Positions 34,497 to 46,059 of a stretch of DNA of 64,000 nt are shown in pieces. Below the pieces are notes generated by a model that did no database searches, was not told where the DNA came from, and worked only from the letters and a program-made list of their open reading frames with translations. The translations under genes and the position numbers were made by a program. The stretch is from Podospora anserina (Eukaryota): the NCBI GenBank assembly GCA_017654855.1, contig CM030333.1, positions 372,001-436,000 of the forward strand. Reading direction: 5' to 3'. How positions within the stretch are numbered: position 1 is the stretch's first letter; every line of letters begins with the position of its first letter.

Positions 34497-36689
34497 TTAA
34501 GCGTCCTTCTTCATCTCCGCCTCGCCGCTAGGTTTCCCCGCAGCCTCTGGCGTTGGCTCGGGCTTCTTCTCCTGCTCCTTCCCGGCAGCAGCTTCGCCGC
34601 CCTCGACTGACGACGCTTTGGACACCTGGCTTGCGAGATCCTTATCCTCCTCCGAGTTGTCAAACATCTCAGTGTCGTCTGAGTCGGTCAGCACCTCGGT
34701 CCCATCGCCCAGGAAGATGATGCGGCCCTTGTAACCACCGATGCCGAAGCTTCTGCCAGCGCCACCACCTTGCTTGTTCTCTTCGACATCATACCCGCTG
34801 TCACTATCATCAAAGTTGTGATGCACGCCGGGGCCGCGGAACTCAGCTAAAATGTGTGAAAAAGCCATGTATTAGTAATGATGTTTTGGTAGAAAAAGTG
34901 TGCGGTAGACCAGTGTCAAGAGCGCGCTCGGTTCCGAAAAGTATGATGATCCATATGAAAAGGGAGACGAGAAGGAGAAAGATACAGGATATGGGGGCAG
35001 GTGGTGGTCTTGATGTGGGCGGAGGAAAACAACCAGAGCGTGCGCGTTTAAGAAGACGGCGAAGATTCCCTACCATATTCGGGCGGGGCACAAGGACCGT
35101 CTCCGTTGGCAACCCGCCGGGCAATCTCCTCATACCACTCTTCCTTGGTCCGTCCCCTGAGGAAAGCGACAATGATCATGGTCATGTTGTCGCAGCCGAC
35201 GCCTCCCGTCTCCGAGTTGGAGGCCAGGCAGTTGTCCATCATGTTCTCGCAGATCTTGTCCAAATCCTGCTTGGCAGCGATTCCACGCCTGACGAATTCG
35301 ACAACGGCTTGGGAAGACTGACAATCCCAGATGCCTTGTAAATGGACAAGGTCAGCGAACAGTCCAAGAAACAGGGGATAGAGGGGGAAACTGTACCGTC
35401 ACAAGCAAGCACGAGGAACTCATCGTCGTCGCCCAGGTCATGAACCACAACGTCCGGATAAGCTGTCACGATTTGTTGTTCTGGCGCGAGCTCGGCGCTC
35501 TTCTTGAATTCGAAATCACCAATGGCTCTTGACAGGGCCAGGTTCCCGTTGACACGGCCAAAGTCGACAAAGCCACCTGCAGCCGTAATTCGCGCCTTTT
35601 CGCCTACACATCCGCAACACAATCACCCGGTTAGCGGACAGGCGCGGCTAGAGAAGAGTGACAGCTGTGTTTTCGGCGCACCTTCGTTCTGTGGTTTGTG
35701 GTCAAAAGAAAGGGGCTTCGCCCGGCCCTTTACGCCCAAGACGCCTCTCGAGTCACCAGCGTTCGCCTACCGCGGAGAGGCAAAGTCAGCATCAGTGGGC
35801 CAAAGTGGGGGTGCACAATGAGGGGAATTCTCCTCAGCAGCACGGGGTCAAACATACAACATAGATCTTGTCTTCCGTAATCAGGCCCACGCAGGCAGTG
35901 CAGCCGGACACTTCCTCCTCGTATTTGGGATCTGTTCAGGAGGCAGCAACAGGTTAGCGAACTCGTTCCAGAAAGGGCGCCATTTTCTGAGTGATTTGGG
36001 GATGTTGAATCACATAGCCTTCCTCCCCTAGCAAATCTGGACCGTCCAGAACCCCCCGTTTTGTGAGAATAAGAAGACCAGACTGGCATCATACCGTTGA
36101 GAATAGCTCTGTCGGTCGCCAAAAAGCCATCCTTGAGAGCCTGTTCGTAGTTGCCGGCTTTAAATGTATCCTGCTTCGCAATAATGTTGTGAATGTTGTC
36201 GCCCGCAAACAGTGCTACCTTGTCGCCGCCGTGGCCATCAAAGACGCCAAAGAAGGAGAGTTTCGAGCTGTGGTCCTTGGCAGCCTTAGTGCCAGCGAGC
36301 AGGTCGAGTACTGTCGTGTGAGAGTCCTCCATGCTGATGCGCCAGCCCTGCATGGCCGACACGCCATAGAGTAGTCGCTCGTCTCCGCCATTCTCTGAAG
36401 CCTATAGGCATTATCCCTGCCGCGTTAGCCTCTGGTTTTTGTATCCAGCGCGAGCAGCTGGAAGACGATATTGGCAAGGAAGGGAGCCATGGGCGCGGGC
36501 ATGTGAGCACCATGATCGGCCCCTGGCCTGGGGAGGAGAGCTTGAGGCAGAGAGGGGCAGACGAGCAAAGTGTGTGCGCGCCCGCGATGGCCAGGATGGC
36601 AGCACGGACGGCCAAGGGCTGCGACAACCACCTCTTCAGGAAAAGGCACATACCTTCTCGACAACAGGCTCAGAAAGTGTCTGGCCCAT
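34497..36689 (-). CDS. PTC2: Protein phosphatase 2C, Ptc2/Ptc3 type; about 7 exons
   Basis: Motifs [75 protein letters not shown] and GCDNMT, followed by an acidic C-tail. Pieces are joined by GT-AG introns (e.g. 36653-36402, 36094-35932). Confidence 0.95.
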
Positions 36690-38113
36690 GATGACGCGGT
36701 GGTGATATGGAATTCGGCGGCAGCAGCGCGGCTACCGGTGGTCGGTGGGGGGAGGGGTTTTGGTCGGCGAGATTGGGCAGAAGGGTGAAGGGGGAAGGGA
36801 GGGCAGGCGACACAGTCAGTTTAACGACAAGTCGATTTTGGGCCGGACCGAGCTCGTGGGGTGGGCGATGCCGATACCGATGACGTTGATGTCGGAGATG
36901 GGAATCAAGAAAAAAAAAGGGAGCCGCGAAAAAGGACGTCGGTGATGTGGTGTAATGCGGTATCCCGTAGTCACCAGGCGCTTTGTGTTATTTTTTTTTC
37001 CGTTAGGTGTTCAGGTCAGGTCAGGTCCCTTTCTTTGGCACAGTCCCAGGTCGCTGGGCGGGTTTGGCGGGTTTGCGTCCTGCTGGGTGGCGCACGGAGC
37101 AAATTTGTGGTGGAGCGGGGTTGTTGTTGGGCGGGAGCCGGCCGTGCCTGGAAGAGACAGCAGCAGAGAGACGTCTATCTTTTGTGGTGTGGCAATTGTG
37201 CAACAGCTAGGCGGCTAGCTGATGAATGACAAGCAGAGTAGAGAGACTACACTATCTTCCATATGTCATCAACAATCTGGACTAGATAGACCACGAGTAG
37301 AGACAAGTGCGAGATTAAACACTACATACAAGAGAGAGGCGTCTCAGAAACAAAGGACTAGGATCTGCTGCACCAGACACATGGGCACATCCACTTCCAG
37401 ATAACAACCTTGTCACCTCTCGCAAGGCAGAAAGCTGTGATGCTATTCAGACTGCCTGCCCTCCCTGGCCAAAGGATGTCGCGTGTGGGGTAGCTCTATC
37501 TATCAGTCACAGCCTTGACAGCTCTACCCAGACAGTCATAGGTAGATAGGTGTAGCTAAGGTGCCTGGAACATCCATCTCATGAGCGCGCCTTGAGATAT
37601 CAGGTCAACCACCTCAGCCCTCACTCAGCTCATCATCATGCGAAACGCAAGAGAAGGTCGTTCCTGAGTCGACGGCTGACGGTCTGGCCTCTCTCCAGTC
37701 ACGCTCGCAGTGGACTCCTGCCGATACCAGACCTCACAGTGCGCAAAAAAAAGACTGCGGGGCAATGAGGAGACCGTGGGCTGCTAAAAAGGGAAGCCGG
37801 GGTTGGGGGGACTCTCCACTGTGCCAATTCCTACCCCTGCGGCTGCCTGGAGTGCCTGCCTGGTCCGTCCGCACTTTCTGTTAAGGCTCAGGAGCACAAG
37901 ATTTCAGCGTCACGAGAGGCTGCGTATTTTACCGTATTGACTTCCTTGGCGTTTTACACCCATGACGACATTTTGTGTGCTCTGAGTAACAGTTTTAAAG
38001 CACATACTATGCAACATCCCCCATCATTTGGATCGTTGAGGTCAAGGAAGAGTTCAATTCTGGGTATTTGGCTAGGTAAACGGAAAACCAAAGATATTAG
38101 AAAGATATTCCAA

Positions 38114-41110
38114 TCAAATATACACCGCAAAGTCTGACTCCTCCCCCCTACTCTTGCCCGACATTAACGATACCCCTTTCGACTCACTACGCCCAGGCAG
38201 TCCAGACTGGTCCCGTTGGAATCCTCTCTTGTAACCTACTGCAGCACTTATGTTGGACGGCTGTGTCCTCGATGACGTCGGCTGCTGCTCCCGTTTCTCA
38301 TTTCCAGCAGGAGTGGAAGCGTCTCCTGGTCCTATCGACACGGGCGACGGCGAGTCGATCCCGGCATCCCAGTCTTTGATAAATGGTGAGTCTTGCAACA
38401 CGACCCAGTTAGACGGTGTGCCCATATCCTTCTTGGCCGTTTCCCTCTGTGGCGTGTCCATGCTCACGACTGTCTCATCCACCCACTCGTCGTTTGTATT
38501 TGTAGAAATCGATTGCCATGTGGCCGACGGGTGGAAAGGTGAGTTCTTGACCAGATCATCATAGGAGAGACCCAGGAAGTCGTCGGGTGACTCTCGCCAG
38601 TCGGGTAGAGGGGGTAGAGAGATGTCTTCTTGAGAGGCGACGCTTGGAGCACCAGGTCCCCCAGGGGTTGTGGGCGGCGCATTCACGGGAATACTCATCC
38701 CACTCTGGCCTTGACTGAGGATCATGCCTTCCAGACTCGCATCGGTAGGCCCCCTCCTGGTTACTGGCCGAGCCAGTGGAACTGCCCCAAGAAGTCTTGC
38801 ACGAGGAGGCGGTGTTATCTCAGGCGCCATCCCCGCATCGGCATACCCTAGGCCGATAGACTGCCCTGTTCTCTTGTAGGCAAATGTATCGACCGTCGAC
38901 GTACTCGGTTGCTTGCTATGTGTCCTTGAGCCCCAGCGGAGCTTGGAGCTGCGGCTCCTCAAGTTGTTTCCCCTGAACCACGGCCACATGAATCTCCTCG
39001 CGATTTCCGGCGGTCCGTAATGTGCCAGTCTCGATTCTGCTCGAAGCGGGGACGTCTCTGGGTCGGATTCTGCCGAGGAAGAACGGGACCGAGGACTTGC
39101 CATCGCATGAGGTTGATATGGCGAGTTTGGAGAGTCATTGTACCTCGACCTGGGCGTCCCTTGAACGCTGGGAATGTTGATCTCAATCCCGTCCCGGAAA
39201 GACCCTGTTGTCTTGTTCCCAAGCAGCCCGGCTGTACGTGCATCCATCTCGCCCGCCTCGTCGTTAACACTTCTCTCGGAAATAGACGCCAGAGAGCTCC
39301 CGAGCCGCATGGCACCAAAACTTCCGCCCCCTAAAAAAGGTATCCGTCCGCCACGGGCACCCCCGTGCTTGGACCGGACGCTCGGGGGGAGTAACTTGAC
39401 GGTAGCCAGGGATGTAGGCGCGCTCCCCTTGGTCGAAAACGAGCTGCGTGACTCGACGTACATCTTCTTTTCTGGCGTAAACACATCGCCGACAGTGAAG
39501 CTTCTGTCAAAGTTGTGACTGATATCGGGGAGAGATGGCGCGGTGTTGGGTCCATTGGACGTGATCACAAAAGACCCCGGTAGAGGCCCTGAGATATCGC
39601 GAGTGGTAAGCCGTGGCCTTTGCTTCGCTTTTTGTCTTCGGTAGCACCAGAACACGGCGAATGCCACGACAAAAGCGGATAAAATTGTTGGCAAAAGTAT
39701 CCCCAACAACACCACATTGACCTTCCCGCTTGGAGCAGCATCTCCCCCGACTGGGAGGACACCGCCGAGAGGCGTTGAATCTGCATCTGAGGGCGTATCG
39801 GAGTTAGGTGTAGAGTGTGCTGCCGCTCGAATGAGTAGTTTCATGGACAGCTTGTCAGACTTGTTGGATGATCTCGATTGCGCCGAGACCTCCAGCGCAG
39901 CAATGGTGTCTTTGGAGACAGAGGGAGGGTGTCCAGACAGGGTCTTTCGGCCGGCGTCGAACCGGATCCAGGATGCTGAGTCGCCCTGCAAAACTGAAAT
40001 CTCAATGTCGTCTGGATTGACCAGATGGGGCCGGAAATCAAAGGAAAAATGTTGGCCAGGGGTGGCTGTCAAGATCGGTAAACTTCCTTTGAAGACACCA
40101 GCCGCCCTCGTGGCCTGGCTTTCCACGTCCACCAGCATGGTGATGTTGAGAGTATCGGAGAAATTGTCCTGAAATGTTATGGTGAAATTGGTCGATGTGG
40201 ACTTTTCCGTAGGGGTGCCCGTAATATGCCAGCTGTCTTTGTTGACAGACAGCCAAGCAGGCATGTCGGAACTTGTGTTGAGTGTGACCTCGCCAGTGCT
40301 GGGTGGCTTCCCGTCGAGTTTAACGATATCCTTCAGCTTGGTGTAAGATACAGGTTTCCCCGCGACGGCAGTCAAGATGATGGTCGTTTCCTCTGCAGAG
40401 ATTTGATGAACTCCCACCACGAGATCGAATTGCAACGCGGCACCTGCGAAACCTGCCACATCGCTAGCAACCAAGTGAAAAGCGAAGCGCTGTGGCGGTT
40501 GTATCAAAGAGTCAAGTGGAGGCGTTCGTCCGGAGAAGGACAGTTTGTCTGGATCGAATGAAACCCAGGCCGGGAGCGGTGTATTGTCAGCCATGACAGC
40601 GTAGTAGCCTAAGCGACTGTTCGAGACACTTGTAAACGTCTTCTGGTCCAAGGCGAAGGAGAATGGCGCGTCTGGGCCAGACAGAATCGAGTATGGGCTG
40701 GAAAATATGCCAAAGTTTGGTATTTGTTGCTCCAGAGGGATCCCGACATTGGGTCCTCGATTTCTTGACACAACAAGCGTAGCTTCATGTGTTGTTGAGC
40801 CGGTCTGGTCTGTTGCCACCAAGTTTACTGGAACTCCCACCACCTCGCCTGGGGCGACATCTCCTTCACCTGGCGTGCCAAAAAGACGCCGGTTGCTGCT
40901 GTCGATCGAGAGCCATCGGGGGGCATTGGCCAGCGTGTACGTGAGGGGGAAGCTCGAGGTGAAGGTCGAGGGCGAGAAGACAAACGCGAAGGGCTGGCCG
41001 AACCGAGCAACCGGGGGCACCTGCGAGTTGATGGGGAAGGAGACGGTAGGGGCGGCCGCTACGAGGTCTGCGAGGAATATTGATATCCAGGCCGCAAGCT
41101 GAGGCCTCAT
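38114..41110 (-). CDS. AXL2: Axial budding/polarity landmark Axl2-like type I membrane protein with cadherin-like (CADG) repeats
   Basis: Signal peptide MRPQLAAWISIFLADLVAA; PINSQVPPVAR; repeated PxWLxFD...GTP modules; single TM (VVLLGILLPTILSAFVVAFAVFWCY); ISGPLPGSF. Confidence 0.88.
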   Translation of the reverse strand: MRPQLAAWISIFLADLVAAAPTVSFPINSQVPPVARFGQPFAFVFSPSTFTSSFPLTYTLANAPRWLSIDSSNRRLFGTPGEGDVAPGEVVGVPVNLVATDQTGSTTHEATLVVSRNRGPNVGIPLEQQIPNFGIFSSPYSILSGPDAPFSFALDQKTFTSVSNSRLGYYAVMADNTPLPAWVSFDPDKLSFSGRTPPLDSLIQPPQRFAFHLVASDVAGFAGAALQFDLVVGVHQISAEETTIILTAVAGKPVSYTKLKDIVKLDGKPPSTGEVTLNTSSDMPAWLSVNKDSWHITGTPTEKSTSTNFTITFQDNFSDTLNITMLVDVESQATRAAGVFKGSLPILTATPGQHFSFDFRPHLVNPDDIEISVLQGDSASWIRFDAGRKTLSGHPPSVSKDTIAALEVSAQSRSSNKSDKLSMKLLIRAAAHSTPNSDTPSDADSTPLGGVLPVGGDAAPSGKVNVVLLGILLPTILSAFVVAFAVFWCYRRQKAKQRPRLTTRDISGPLPGSFVITSNGPNTAPSLPDISHNFDRSFTVGDVFTPEKKMYVESRSSFSTKGSAPTSLATVKLLPPSVRSKHGGARGGRIPFLGGGSFGAMRLGSSLASISERSVNDEAGEMDARTAGLLGNKTTGSFRDGIEINIPSVQGTPRSRYNDSPNSPYQPHAMASPRSRSSSAESDPETSPLRAESRLAHYGPPEIARRFMWPWFRGNNLRSRSSKLRWGSRTHSKQPSTSTVDTFAYKRTGQSIGLGYADAGMAPEITPPPRARLLGAVPLARPVTRRGPTDASLEGMILSQGQSGMSIPVNAPPTTPGGPGAPSVASQEDISLPPLPDWRESPDDFLGLSYDDLVKNSPFHPSATWQSISTNTNDEWVDETVVSMDTPQRETAKKDMGTPSNWVVLQDSPFIKDWDAGIDSPSPVSIGPGDASTPAGNEKREQQPTSSRTQPSNISAAVGYKRGFQRDQSGLPGRSESKGVSLMSGKSRGEESDFAVYI

Positions 41111-41884
41111 GATGGCGACGGCAGACAAGTTGCTGCTGCGGGTGAGAGTAATAGCAGCATGCAGGTGCGCTGAATACGTGGTGGTATAGACAAGCAAAGA
41201 CCAGAAAAGACAGCAGTTGCAGAATGCCTAGATGCAAGAGAGAAAGGAAGTGTTGTTCATGTCGAAGAGGTGGTGGTTGTCATCTGGGACTTCAATCTTC
41301 AACTACGGAGGCCACCCCTTGCTTTCACTGTGATGAGAATGAGAATTGCACCCGTTACTAGGGGGCGCAGTGAGCCTACAGACTGTCCCTAAATTCTTAA
41401 GAATGGATAGTGCTAGATTAAATTGAACAGAGGGGAATGTCGAGTCCATTTTGCTGGGCTGGACGTTGAAACAACGGGTTGGATGACGGGAAAACATTCC
41501 AGCGTGGAGGTCTTCGCGAAGGCAGGGAGAGACAGGCGCGTGGTGAGGACTACACGACGTGTACGTACGCGACGACCCGGGTATTGGCACCCTTAAAGAT
41601 GAGATGAGGTTGAGAATGGGGTCCATGGCCGGGCAGGCAAGCCAGATTATCATCTTGATATCAGATAAGGAGAGATCGGCCGCCAAGCTTCGTGGATGTA
41701 GCGGGCCAGGGGACGTTGCTCGCGCAAAGTGGGCGGCGGTTGCAACCCAACCCCAACCATAAAAAAATGCCAAAAAAACGGCGCTGAGACCCCTTCTCCA
41801 ACCCCGCCATAATTCACATCACCAGCAAAATACACAAAAAACATCATTTTGATATTCGGCCTTTTCCGCACCAATTCGCCCAGT

Positions 41885-42802
41885 ATGAACGGCCGATCAA
41901 GGTCATCGTCGCCTGAAATCTCACCGCTGGACTTTGGAGAGGATTTGGCTCCTCTGCCCGTCTACAAGGCCGCGGCCACCACGGCCCTGGACTTCTCAGG
42001 CCTCTTGGATGAGCCATTAAAGCTTCATGAAGATCTCTCTTCGGGTTGTGGAGGACAGCTTTGGCCTGCGGGGATGGTGCTCGCCAAACATATGCTGCAC
42101 TATCATCGGGATAAGCTGCAGACCTCTAGAGTGTTTGTGCCCTCAGACGCTACATGAAGATCTTTTTGATGCCGGGAAGTTTCCCAGCTTTGGGACGGTT
42201 ATGAACTGACAGACATCTCCAACTTTTCCAGTCTCGAGCTCGGTGCTGGCGGCGGTATTGTCGGACTCACGATTGCAAAGGGCTGCAGGATAGACCAGCC
42301 CCTCTACATTACCGACATGATAGACATGGAGCCTCTCATGCAACACAACATTGCTCTGAACGAGCTGGACGACCGGGTCAGAGGCCGCATCCTCAACTGG
42401 TAAGTTCTAGCTGTGTGACTCCCCGGTTTTATTCCGTGACATTGTTGGGTAGCTGGCGGTTGGCTGCGTTGTTGTATGGGAGTTTGTTCTGACGGCGAAT
42501 GGGGACAACTCAGGGGCGAACCTCTCTCACAGGAAATTATCGACTTTAAGCCAGATACCATCCTCGCGGCCGACTGCGTCTACTTTGAGCCGGCCTTTCC
42601 CTTGCTTCTGCAGACGCTGGAAGATCTGCTGACGCTGAACCCTTCGGCCATCGTGTTTTTCTGTTTTAAGAAGAGACGGCGGGCTGATATGCAGTTCCTC
42701 AAGTCTGCCAGGAGAGCCTTTCGAGTGACTGAGCTCGAGGATGAAGACCGGCCCGTTTTCACCAGAGAGGGCTTGTTTCTGTATACCATCACAGCGAAAT
42801 AA
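41885..42802 (+). CDS. SAM-dependent protein-lysine N-methyltransferase, Methyltransf_16 family (EFM6/METTL21-like); introns 42133-42231 and 42400-42513
   Basis: Motifs GCGGQLWPAGMVLA, VLELGAGGG, YITD, ILAADCVYFEPAFPLL and KKRRRAD. Confidence 0.88.
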
Positions 42803-44324
42803 GAATGAAAACTTTTAGATGATTGGTTGCCATACTGTGTGCTGTCGAGTAGCCGCCGCCCTTGAGAGACAAACACGTATGCACTGGATTTGGAACGCCC
42901 CGCGGCTTCAGAGCGTCTCGGCCTCGACTCAAAATTACTAAGAAAAGAGACGGGACTATCGGTACTTGCCATAGTTATTGCTGATGTTGACCGTAGATGA
43001 GGCCCGGAGCAAGAACCAAGGTTCTCAACGGCGTGTTTCTAATTCCAAGTCAGGCTGGTAAAAAGCATGTCACGAATGGATTATGTTTCCCCACGGAGGT
43101 TTGCACTCAGCCGTGCCTTACCGAGCCACACCCAACTTTCGGAAGAACAGTTTCTCTCCTGTCCTGATACTTTGAAATCGAGATTCGCGACTTGGTCTGG
43201 CCGAAGTTGGGCGAAGTGTGCATAGTGAGAGTAAGAGAGTGAGACGGGAGAATCAGCGGCCCATCGGATGGGGTCGCCACCGCAGTGTTGTGATGCAAGA
43301 AAGAGGGGAAAGAGAGCAGAATTTTTTTTTCTTCTGCAGTCTGCAGTCAGTCTCCCTCGAACTGGAGGTTGTCTGTTAGTCGATGATGAATATGAGTGGG
43401 ATGTGGATGGCGACTCTTTGGCTCAAGCTGGAGGGGGTGGGGTAGATCGAACGTGGCCTTCCTTCTTGGCGGCGTCTGTGATTGGCTGCGGTGGTTTCCG
43501 CATTGGATGGCAGTTGGTTCGCTTCCCTGGAAAAGTCAGGGCTCCCGGGACTTGTCCCCGTGCCTTGCAGCATCCTGCAAGGAACAACACACTGGCGCCA
43601 TTTTCTGTCGAGATTCGGACGGCAGGGCTGTGCTAACATTTGCTGACCCCCCGCGACGATGTACCCGCCAAAGCCCTGTTAGCTCGGTACACCCGGCACC
43701 GCAGCGGCCACTAACAAGCAACGCGGTGCCAACCACTTATTGCAAGGGGGCGGCTTAACGGCCGCGTCTCCAATTTCAGTACCGTCCCAGGCCTTCGTGT
43801 TAGCAGAGAGACGAAGCGCGATGCTGCCCAGCATGCATCGAATTTGGCGAGAGAAAAAATTCCACCAGGCCTGCGCCTCTCAGCTCCCCAGCTCCCCAAG
43901 TCCAGCGTATTCCACCACAGTCAAGGTCCGGAACCCCCCTTGCCCTGGTCCTTGCTGGTGCCCTCACTCGTTTCCCTCTCTTGGCCGCCCAAAACACTGG
44001 GATGGTTCATAAACCCCGGCATCTTCCCTTCCACATCTTCTCTCCTTCATCTCATCGTTCGCTGTCTGTTTCGACCCACCGACAACCATACATTCATTCC
44101 CTTCTTGACCAGGCTCAGTGAGCTCACCTTCATTCATCAATAACCACCACCACAAGATACCGTCGACCAACGTCCTAGCTGACGTTCACTCAACCTTCTT
44201 TCATCATCTGTGGTACTCGATTCACAGCGGCATTCACATTCCTTGCCCATAAGCGAAGCGGGATCCCGGAGACAGATCAACAAGACATTCAGCAACCGCG
44301 CGTTTCAACCACTCATTTATCATC

Positions 44325-45188
44325 ATGAAGTCCACCACCGTTCTCGCCAGTCTATTGGCATCTGTTGCCCTCGCCCAGCCTCACCATGGCGGCCACGGCC
44401 ACATCCACCGCAGAAAGGCCCATCATGACAAGCGTGCCATCGTGACCGAGTGGGTGACCGAGACTGTCCACGAAACTGTGACGGTTCTCATCGACGAGAG
44501 CACCACCGAGGTCATCCTACCCACCAAGCCTGCTGCTGCCGAAGTCAAGGTGTCGGACCTCCCTGAGCCCCGTCCTGGCCAGTTCTTCGAGAGCCTAAAG
44601 TCCAAGTCATCAGTGGGCCCCGTCACATCAGTGGCACCACCCCCTCCCCCTCCTCCACCTGTTGTCGTGGAGCCAACTCCTACTCCTTCTCCCCATCCCC
44701 CACCTGCTCCTGTTCAGGCTCCTCCTCCTGTCCAGGCCCCTCCTCCTGTCCAGGCCCCTCCTCCTGTCCAGGCCCCTCCTCCTGTTCAAGCCCCTGCTCC
44801 CCCCCCGGCGAACAACAGCCCTCCCGCTGCCAAAGGTGGCAGCGAATCCGGCTCCAGCTCCAAACCCAGCGGCGAAGTTCACAACGGCGATCTCACCTAC
44901 TACGATCTCGGACTTGGTGCCTGCGGCTTCGATGACAGCGGGCTCGACCATACTGACAACATTGTTGCACTCTCTCACTTGATGATGGGGACTCAGTCCA
45001 ACGGCAACCCCTACTGCGACAAGACCATCACCGTCAAGGTCGGCAGCAAGACCGTCCAGGCCCGTGTCCGCGACAAGTGCATGGGCTGCGAGCGGGAGGC
45101 CATCGACTGCTCCGAGAAGATGTTCTTGGAGCTGTTTGGCTCGTTAGAGGCCGGCAGAAGGCCAGTCGAGTGGTGGTTCAACAACTAA
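44325..45188 (+). CDS. Secreted RlpA-like double-psi beta-barrel / allergen Asp f7-like (expansin-like) protein
   Basis: Signal peptide, His-rich propeptide ending KR, Pro-rich linker, then [14 protein letters not shown]...VALS...NGNPYC...VRDKCMGC...IDCS. Confidence 0.88.
   Translation: MKSTTVLASLLASVALAQPHHGGHGHIHRRKAHHDKRAIVTEWVTETVHETVTVLIDESTTEVILPTKPAAAEVKVSDLPEPRPGQFFESLKSKSSVGPVTSVAPPPPPPPPVVVEPTPTPSPHPPPAPVQAPPPVQAPPPVQAPPPVQAPPPVQAPAPPPANNSPPAAKGGSESGSSSKPSGEVHNGDLTYYDLGLGACGFDDSGLDHTDNIVALSHLMMGTQSNGNPYCDKTITVKVGSKTVQARVRDKCMGCEREAIDCSEKMFLELFGSLEAGRRPVEWWFNN
44703..44792 (+). repeat. 18-nt coding tandem repeat (PPPVQA)x4-5
   Basis: cctcctcctgtccaggcc units are visible. Confidence 0.9.
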
Positions 45189-46059
45189 GAGACTCGCTCC
45201 AGTCTCGTATCTTGCACAACCTATCCGGCCGGCTGGTGGGGGTGCTGGTATATATACAACAAAGACGACAAGTTGGACACTTGGAGATCATGTGATGCCG
45301 TAACGACTATTTGCCCTTTTTTTCTTGCAACCGAAAAAACAAAAATCAACAGATCATTATTCGCCTCAGCCATTTTGGGCATTTTTTTAGAAGGGAAAAA
45401 AGGAGCAAAAGGATTGGAGACTTCGGCGGGCTTGTATCATTTTCCCACTCTAGGCTTATGAGTGTCGGAAAGAATAAATCAGTTGTGATACTTTCAAGCT
45501 TGTTGCCTCCGATTCTAAACCGGACCGGAGCGTAACACAGCAGAACAAGACCTGGTCGCGTTGGGGAAAATCACTTTTGGGTTTGGTTTTTTTTATTAGA
45601 AGGATACCTATATAGACTTGCTTCTTCTCGTATATACCAACTTTTATCTTTCGTCTTCTTTTCCAACCAATCAACGACCTTACGAGTCGAGGAATTATAC
45701 TAACCTCTTTTTAACTGGACGCTTTCCGTGACATGGAAACCCCAGTGTCAACCCATCTACATGTCAATGAGGGATAGCTTCTGCGCAATGGCGTCTGTCG
45801 CATCGAGACTGGCAAATTCTACCATGCAGTGAGTGTAACACTGTCTCGTTCTCGAGGGTTGGTTATTTGTGCTACCGAACCTAGGAGACAATTTCCCGGG
45901 CACAAGAGGTCAATGTTTCTGACAAAAACTCAAATGTAATAATAATTCAACAGTCGTGACCGACCAATGCCCCAAGGCTATGAAAATCGCCCACCCAATC
46001 AACAAAAAATATGTACTGTCATCCTCACGTATATATACCCCACCCAGTCCATTCAAACC

